Assembly (NCBI GenBank): GCA_902384455.1
Contig: CABMCB010000027.1
Coordinates: 1 to 23,278 of the forward strand
Source of the DNA: an uncultured archaeon
GTDB taxonomy: Archaea > Altiarchaeota > Altiarchaeia > IMC4 > SCGC-AAA252-I15
Direction of reading: 5' to 3'
Length of the DNA stretch: 23,278 nucleotides
Shown: positions 17,786 through 23,278 of the stretch, piece by piece
Numbering within the stretch: position 1 is the first letter of the stretch
How the letters are laid out: each line of letters opens with the position of its first letter
Position numbers and translations under genes: made by a program
The notes under the pieces: model-generated
The model's database searches: none
Seen by the model: only the letters and a program-made list of their open reading frames with translations
What the model was told of the DNA's origin: nothing

Positions 17786-17790
17786 AAAAA
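17784..17790 (-). terminator. Oligo-T terminator candidate after the tRNA
   Basis: T7 run on the - strand 5 nt past the discriminator base. Confidence 0.45.
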
Positions 17791-17794
17791 GAAG

Positions 17795-17949
17795 TGGGCC
17801 CGAAGGGATTCGAACCCTTGACCACTCGATCTCTCAAACCTTCTTCGCGTGGACGTTTCTTTCTTTGAACCCAAGGGCCTTTCTTTCTTTTCTAAAGAAA
17901 GAAAGGGGCTTTATGAGTCGAGCGCTCTAACCAACTGAGCTACGGGCCC
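17795..17949 (-). tRNA. tRNA-Ile2(CAU) with 81-nt intron at 37/38 (exon 1 17912-17949, intron 17831-17911, exon 2 17795-17830)
   Basis: Spliced sequence GGGCCCGTAGCTCAGTTGGTTAGAGCGCTCGACTCATA/ATCGAGTGGTCAAGGGTTCGAATCCCTTCGGGCCCA folds as a cloverleaf with anticodon CAT. The GGGCCC acceptor is Ile-type, not initiator or elongator Met. BHB: CUCA/UGAG helix with UAA and AGA bulges. CCA not encoded. Confidence 0.92.
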
Positions 17950-17985
17950 GTTTTTGTATGTGCGTAAGTTTTTGGGGTAAGTTGG

Positions 17986-17992
17986 TTATAAA
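17986..17992 (-). promoter_or_regulatory. Putative TATA box of the tRNA gene
   Basis: TTTATAA on the - strand, ~37-43 nt upstream of tRNA position 1. Confidence 0.55.
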
Positions 17993-18096
17993 CGTTCCTT
18001 TAGTGGGTTGTGAGGGTGTTTTACCCTACTTGGGCGTATGCGTGCTTCTTATTGGACGGCGTCTCCCTTTTATTTTTTCGCGTTCAAGCATTCATT

Positions 18097-19101
18097 ATGC
18101 TTTTGTTGTTGGTGAACGTCGTTTTGTTCCTTTTCGCTCTCTACCTCATACTCAAGGGTTCGGATTGGATTACTGACTCGTCCGTTCACATAGCCCACAA
18201 GCTTGAGACAAGCAACATGGCGGTAGGCCTTATGGTGATTTCTTTGCTTCTTAGTTTGCCTGAGCTTGTCATAGCCCTCTCGTCCATCCTTAAGGGTCAT
18301 GCTCAGCTTGGTTTTGGGGCGAACATTGGTTCGGTGATAGTGAATTTAGGTTTGATTGTGGGTCTTTCGGCAATCATCAAGCCTATGCGGGTGCCTCGCA
18401 TTATGGTGACTCGGGACATGATTTTCATGGTCGTGGTGACAATCGTGGTGGTCGCCATGGCTCTTGAGGATAGGTCTCTTTCGCGGTCGGACGGCTTGGT
18501 TTTCATTCTGCTGTTTATTCCTTACGCCCTCAACGTGTATGAGCAGGAGCACAACCTGACTTACATTGAACGAAGGATTAAGGCGGAGAAGATGGCTCAG
18601 GTTTTGGAGATGCACGGGGAGTACGGCGTGCATCATAAGCCGCAGTCTGGCACCCGCATTTTCCTTTTGGGCGTTGCCTTCCTTTTGGTGGGGACGGAGA
18701 TTTTCTTGAGGGTGCTTCTTAATCTGGCCGACGTGTTGAGTCTGCCGGAGCTTTTGGTTGGTGTGACTTTGGGTGCGATTGGGCCTAGCATCCCTAATCT
18801 TGCGGCTGCGTTGGGTGCCGCACGGAAGGGCGTTGAGGAATTGGTTATTTCGGAGACAATCGGCGCCAACGTATTCACTCTTTTGATTACCATCGGTTTG
18901 ATTGCTTTGTTCAGTCCTATGCCGGTTGATGATTTGACTGCTACTGTTACGGCGCCTGCGCTTCTTCTTGTGACGTTCATCCTTTTGGCGGTAATGCTTT
19001 CCGGGAGGGTCCGCAGGAGGGACGGCTTGTTGCTTATTCTCGTGTACATTGGGACTATGATGGCGGAGTTCCTTTTCAGGATTAATCATGGCGGACTGTA
19101 A
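18097..19101 (+). CDS. Ca2+/cation (Na+/Ca2+) antiporter, YrbG/CaCA family
   Basis: Two alpha-repeats (LSLPEL...GANIGSVIVN and GPSIPNL...ETIGANVFT), about 10 TM segments. ATG 18097 preferred over GTG 18010. Confidence 0.9.
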   Translation: MLLLLVNVVLFLFALYLILKGSDWITDSSVHIAHKLETSNMAVGLMVISLLLSLPELVIALSSILKGHAQLGFGANIGSVIVNLGLIVGLSAIIKPMRVPRIMVTRDMIFMVVVTIVVVAMALEDRSLSRSDGLVFILLFIPYALNVYEQEHNLTYIERRIKAEKMAQVLEMHGEYGVHHKPQSGTRIFLLGVAFLLVGTEIFLRVLLNLADVLSLPELLVGVTLGAIGPSIPNLAAALGAARKGVEELVISETIGANVFTLLITIGLIALFSPMPVDDLTATVTAPALLLVTFILLAVMLSGRVRRRDGLLLILVYIGTMMAEFLFRINHGGL

Positions 19102-19104
19102 AGC

Positions 19105-20031
19105 ATGGACGACTTTGTTTTCGGGGAAGAGTTGGTTGCGCGTTTTAGCGGGTTCACTGATTGGGAGCGCTTTAAGGCGTCTCTTGTGGTTGCTCCCGTA
19201 AAGTCGATTAGAGTCAATACGTTGAAGACGACCGTCTCAGAGATTAATTCGCGGTTGTCTGAAGATTGGATTCTTACGCCTGTGCCTTGGTGCCCGGAAG
19301 GATTTTGGGTCGAGGACAAGAAGAAAATTCGCTCTGACTTGGGGAATATTCCGGAGCATAATCTCGGCTATTTCTTCGTCCAGGAGGCCTCTAGCATGAT
19401 TCCTGCGTTGGTTCTTGGGCCTAAACCTGGGGAGCGGGTTTTGGATATGTGTGCTTCTCCTGGGGGTAAAACTACTCAGATTGCGCAGTTGATGCAGAAT
19501 AGGGGGGAGGTTGTGGCTGCGGACGTGCGTGACGACCGGATTGCGATACTCAAGAGGAACGTTGAGCGTATGGGCGCGTCGTGCGTTAAGGTGGTTAAGA
19601 AGCCGGGCCAGCAGTTTAAGGACGAAAAGTTCGACAGGATTCTTGTGGACGCGCCGTGCAGCGCGTCGGGGACGATGCGCGGAGAACCAGATAAGGTTGC
19701 GGCCTGGAATTTGGACGTAGCCAAACGAATCTCCTACGAGCAAAAAAGCCTGCTTCACGCTGCATACTGTGTACTCAAAAGAGGCGGCATACTCGTCTAC
19801 TCAACTTGCAGCATGGAGCCTGAGGAAAACGAGGCCGTCATAGACTGGCTGCTGAAGAGGCACAAGAAGACGGAAGTGGAAAAGATTAATCTGCCTGGCC
19901 TCAACAGAAGCCAGCCAATACTCAAATACGGCAACGCAAAATACGACCCGCGCATAGGAAAATGACTGCGCATATGGCCGCAGGACAACGGCACGGACGG
20001 GTTCTTCGTCGCCAAAATAAGGAAGACTTAA
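19105..20031 (+). CDS. NOP2/RsmB(Sun) family RNA m5C methyltransferase with an in-frame TGA at 19963-19965
   Basis: IRVNTLK, VQEASSMIP, VLDMCASPGGKTT, DRILVDAPCSASG, LVYSTCSMEPEENE. After the TGA the frame continues LRIWPQDNGTDGFFVAKIRKT to TAA 20029-20031, the family's typical C-terminal motif. Confidence 0.9.
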
Positions 20032-20034
20032 CCT

Positions 20035-21387
20035 CTATAGTCTCGGCGTTCCGTCGGATATCGGCGGTGTCGTCGGCTGCGGTCCTGACAGCGGCTTGGG
20101 CGTTCCTCCGCACGTGTCTTCGCCGTTCAAAAGGAAGTATTCCCTGAATCCGTCGGAGAGTTTTGCGTCGGGGTGGTCGCGGAAGTATCCTCTAAGGGTC
20201 CATGCGAGGCTGTTTCCTCTCCTTTGGTCCGCAGGCCAGTAATCCGGAGAATGCCAGATTGTTTTCGCGCCTCCCACCGGGTCTAACGTCAGGATTTGCT
20301 TTACTCCGGATACAACCCCCTTTTCGTCGAAGAATATCTGGTAAATGTCTCCCGCATCAGTGGAAAGCGTGGTGCCTGCGGCTGAGTTCGTCCAGCCGCG
20401 GCCTATTCCTGCGCGGACTCCTGCGTATGTGTGGCCTACGTCTACTTTGTCGCCGTTTTTGAGGGTTATGAAGCGGGGTACTTTCATCCTGCTGTTGCTG
20501 TTGTTTACTTCTTTGTCGAAGATGTTGATGTTGATGAATTTTGTGTAGTCGTTTTTGGCGTACAGGGGGTAGCCTGCGATGGAGATGTCGTTGTCGCCTG
20601 GATAAGCTTGGTAGTGGATTCTTGCTACTATGTCCTCCCAATTTCTTCCGGGGTTCGCGCCTTCAACCTTCTCTATGTAATAGAGGAGTTCGCATGTGGT
20701 CAGCGGCTGGTCCTTGCTCAGTTTGTCTTTGATGGTGTTCCAATCCGCTTTGGATCCGGCGTCTTCGCACAACTTCTGCTTCTTGGCGTTGCTGTAAAGT
20801 GTTTCGGCAACAATCATCGAGTTGTCAGACTTCTCCGGCGCGTTGGTTATGAAAAGGCGGTCTTCGCACTCCCACGCCACGATGCCGCTCGCGTTGAAGC
20901 AGATGTCGTCGGGGTTAACCTGCTTGCCCATCGCGTTGCCTATCTCCACCACAATCCAGCGGACGAACTTCAGCCAAAACCCGACGATTCCTCCAGCATT
21001 GCATATCTTGTCTCCGCCTTTGATGACTGCCGCATTATGGCCGTGGAAAGTCGTCTTAGGTATGCCGTTTTCAAAAAGCATGTCTATGAAGCTGTTGGGG
21101 CTTGTGCCGATTGCGACTATGGCTTTGGATTCGGCCTCGCTGGTTCCTGTCGGCGAGACGCCGTACACTTCCCTTGCCGCAATGCCGACGCCATTGAATT
21201 CCTGCACTTCGTAAGGTGTTGTGGGCCATCCGACTGAGGATGCGGTGTCCCTGAGGGCTTGTTGGGCGTAGTCTCCGGTGTAGTCGCCGAAAAGTTTTAT
21301 TGCGGTGGAGAAAGTTGATGCGAATATGGCAAGCGCCGTAATGCATGCGGCCGTTTTCAGAATTTGGTTTTTGCGTTGACTGTTCAT
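20035..21387 (-). CDS. Secreted or membrane-anchored hypothetical protein with putative C-terminal enzymatic domain
   Basis: ATG 21387 overlaps the upstream stop (ATGA); basic + hydrophobic N-terminus; C-terminal VDVGHTYAG...TDAGD...DQRRGN. Confidence 0.75.
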   Translation of the reverse strand: MNSQRKNQILKTAACITALAIFASTFSTAIKLFGDYTGDYAQQALRDTASSVGWPTTPYEVQEFNGVGIAAREVYGVSPTGTSEAESKAIVAIGTSPNSFIDMLFENGIPKTTFHGHNAAVIKGGDKICNAGGIVGFWLKFVRWIVVEIGNAMGKQVNPDDICFNASGIVAWECEDRLFITNAPEKSDNSMIVAETLYSNAKKQKLCEDAGSKADWNTIKDKLSKDQPLTTCELLYYIEKVEGANPGRNWEDIVARIHYQAYPGDNDISIAGYPLYAKNDYTKFININIFDKEVNNSNSRMKVPRFITLKNGDKVDVGHTYAGVRAGIGRGWTNSAAGTTLSTDAGDIYQIFFDEKGVVSGVKQILTLDPVGGAKTIWHSPDYWPADQRRGNSLAWTLRGYFRDHPDAKLSDGFREYFLLNGEDTCGGTPKPLSGPQPTTPPISDGTPRL

Positions 21388-22037
21388 TTTTTCCTCTTGC
21401 GCATCATCTTGAATGCCACAAAAATTATTAATACCACGATAATTAACGCGATTATTGCGAGTGCGATGAATGAACCGAATATTCCGCCGGCTATTATAGC
21501 CGACGATGAAGTCGTTTGTGCGCAGTCCGGGTCGCTTTGCGTGTTGTTTTGCGTCACGCAGTCTTTGTCGCATATTCCGTCTTTGACGCCGTCGCATAAG
21601 TTGTCCAATCCGCCTGAGGGACAGTCTGCCGGGCACGTCTGAGAATTCTCGGGGAAACCGCAGTGTTTGTCGCCGCATGTTGTCTCAAGGAAACTGAGGC
21701 CCATTGCTTCAGTTACCTCGACTTCCTGTCCATCTTTTATGCAGACGAGGCATGTGTCGGTCATCAGCCGCAGGCATTTGCTTGAGTCGTTGGTTACCTT
21801 TTGTCTAAGGTAGTTTTTGGCGCAGTACGATTCGTTTTGAGCTTCTTTCCCTTGAAGGAAGTTCCACGCGTCAATGTTCTGTCCTGAAACTTCGCAGTAG
21901 CCTACGTAGCCGTCTTCCGTCTGCTCTACCGTGTAATTGTGGCCAAGTGCGCTACAATACACTGCCGCAGGGTTTCTTAGGGCGGCGGCCGAGATGGTTA
22001 GTGCCGCAATCGTCAGCAGTATGATTATCCTCTTCAT
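21384..22037 (-). CDS. DUF333 (putative hemolysin-like) domain surface protein with Cys-rich module and C-terminal TM anchor
   Basis: ATG 22037 overlaps the upstream stop (ATGA); signal peptide; [13 protein letters not shown]...GYC...IDAWNF; CGDKHC...[11 protein letters not shown]; TM + KMMRKRKK. Confidence 0.8.
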   Translation of the reverse strand: MKRIIILLTIAALTISAAALRNPAAVYCSALGHNYTVEQTEDGYVGYCEVSGQNIDAWNFLQGKEAQNESYCAKNYLRQKVTNDSSKCLRLMTDTCLVCIKDGQEVEVTEAMGLSFLETTCGDKHCGFPENSQTCPADCPSGGLDNLCDGVKDGICDKDCVTQNNTQSDPDCAQTTSSSAIIAGGIFGSFIALAIIALIIVVLIIFVAFKMMRKRKK

Positions 22038-23278
22038 TTTTTGTGGACTCCTTCGACGTAGTACACTTCGTCCATTATGTCGCTGTAGGGGCTTCCCGTG
22101 TATGGTATGAGCGCGTATCCTCCGTACATCCAGCCGTAGCCCCAGCTGTTTTTGATTATCCAGCTTCCGTAGTCGTCGTCGAATCCGGCTATGACTATGC
22201 AGTGGCTCCAGTAGTCCGAGCAGACGGAGACTGGTCCGCCGCATATTATCTGTTGTTTTATTTCGCGTATCCTGTCTTGCGTTGTGTCCCAGCTGTTGAA
22301 GTAGGGTACATAGTAGTGGTCTATCGTCCAGAGTTTGCTTTGCCAGTCCTGACATTTATCGCAGGTGTTTGGTACGGCGCATACCTGCGAGTCTGTGTCG
22401 CTTCGGCACCAGAAGTTGCAGTCGTCGACTTTCTTTGAGGCGTTGTAGGGGTCAGGGTCCTGGTGCAGGCAATCGAGTGAATGATACGGCATGCATTGGG
22501 CGTCTACTACCCCCTTATCCCTTATTTCCTCAAGCACCGGCTCGCTCCAGCCGCCCAAGCACGATTCCTGGAGGCCCTGGATGTTGTGGCATGGGGACGT
22601 GAAATACTGGACTGACAGGTCGAGGTTTTTCTGCGCCTTCTGCTCTATGTTGTATTTCGCTTCTACGGCGCCTATTGGGGCTTGAGCGTAGCATGAGCCG
22701 CAGTTGGCCTGGTCCTTTACGCCTGTCATCATGTTCTTGTTGTCCATGTACCTCCAGTCGAAGTAGGAGGGCATTTTGCCTTGTTTTGAGTTGGAGCATA
22801 TGTCGCATTTGTTTTGGGGGTCGCTGGGGCATCTGTCGCATTTGTCTTCTATGCTGTCGTTGTCGGAGTCTTTGGCGCTGACGGGACAGAGGTCGCAGGC
22901 GTCTCCTTGTCCGTCTCCGTCAAGGTCCTGCTGGCTGGGGTTCTTCTTTGTCGGGCAGTTGTCGCAGGCGTTTCCTACGCCGTCCCAGTCTGTGTCGTTT
23001 TGGTCGGAGTTTTTAGCTTCAGGGCAGTTGTCGCATGCGTCTCCCGTTCCGTCTGGTTTGGGGACGAAGTAAGGTTTGGGTTTGTCTTGGGGCGTAATCC
23101 CCGGAGGAGTCACCCAGTCGCCTTCGGAGTCCTCCTGGTTCATGCTGCAGAATCCTTCTGAGCATTCAGAATTCGAGTGGCATGTGGAGCCCTTGTCGGC
23201 TCCTGAAACGCAAGTCCCAAGAACTGGGCTGTTGGGTTTCTTAGGGCAGTTGTCGCAGGCGTCCACTATGCCGTCACC
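22034..23278 (-). CDS. Papain-like (C1A) cysteine protease with thrombospondin type-3 repeats, 5'-partial
   Basis: Frame open to the window end; DxDxDGxGDACDxCP repeats; [19 protein letters not shown] (Gln/Cys), SHCIVIAG (His), WIIKNSWG (Asn). Confidence 0.92.
   Translation of the reverse strand, partial: GDGIVDACDNCPKKPNSPVLGTCVSGADKGSTCHSNSECSEGFCSMNQEDSEGDWVTPPGITPQDKPKPYFVPKPDGTGDACDNCPEAKNSDQNDTDWDGVGNACDNCPTKKNPSQQDLDGDGQGDACDLCPVSAKDSDNDSIEDKCDRCPSDPQNKCDICSNSKQGKMPSYFDWRYMDNKNMMTGVKDQANCGSCYAQAPIGAVEAKYNIEQKAQKNLDLSVQYFTSPCHNIQGLQESCLGGWSEPVLEEIRDKGVVDAQCMPYHSLDCLHQDPDPYNASKKVDDCNFWCRSDTDSQVCAVPNTCDKCQDWQSKLWTIDHYYVPYFNSWDTTQDRIREIKQQIICGGPVSVCSDYWSHCIVIAGFDDDYGSWIIKNSWGYGWMYGGYALIPYTGSPYSDIMDEVYYVEGVHKK

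Noticed and set aside
17795-17949. Calling the CAT tRNA as tRNA-Met, or as an integration site
   Set aside because: The GGGCCC acceptor matches archaeal Ile2, and the initiator A1-U72 pair and GGG/CCC anticodon stem are absent. No duplicated tRNA 3' end or integrase was seen.
18346-19758. Long antisense ORFs (18346..19089, 19237..19758)
   Set aside because: Shadows of well-supported + strand genes; the strong G/T skew depletes stops on the opposite strand.
20140-20165. GAA-TCC-GTC-GGA as an archaeal SECIS for the UGA at 19963
   Set aside because: It lacks the opposing A and a convincing lower GC-rich helix, and lies within the convergent CDS.
21388-22355. Long N-terminal extensions of ORFs 20035..21678 and 21384..22355
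   Set aside because: They overlap upstream genes in other frames; ATGA-coupled starts at 21387 and 22037 give proper signal peptides.
1-23278. Genome-wide UGA reassignment
   Set aside because: TGA ends many complete genes at their natural C-termini, including ATGA/GTGA overlaps at 5603-5606, 21384-21387 and 22034-22037.

Overview
Gene-dense archaeal chromosomal segment, probably DPANN-like (Altiarchaeota/Micrarchaeota style). This placement is inferred from a bulge-helix-bulge (BHB) tRNA intron, TATA boxes ~25 nt before start codons, and many SGCL/GGCL lipoproteins with Thr/Cys-rich domains. Recognisable genes: two DedA proteins, an ABC-2 exporter pair, pyruvate kinase, an exported rhodanese, a class I methyltransferase, a CaCA cation exchanger, a NOP2/RsmB m5C methyltransferase and a partial TSP3-repeat papain-like protease. 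Points worth following up: (i) an in-frame TGA at a probable Cys position of the NOP2/RsmB gene, with the conserved tail continuing in frame; (ii) tRNA-Ile2(CAU) with an 81-nt intron built from one UUUC tract and two identical AAAG tracts; (iii) a 6.7-kb block of Lys-depleted, Arg-rich proteins including a 1427-aa helical orphan; (iv) an unannotated 39-aa basic ORF with its own TATA box; (v) an ATGA-coupled operon of protease, DUF333 anchor and putative enzyme; (vi) a partial tandem duplication of a lipoprotein gene with a homopolymer frameshift; (vii) kb-scale G+T/A+C skew switches independent of coding strand. No CRISPR array, rRNA or mobile element was seen. All family calls come from motif recognition by eye, not database searches.
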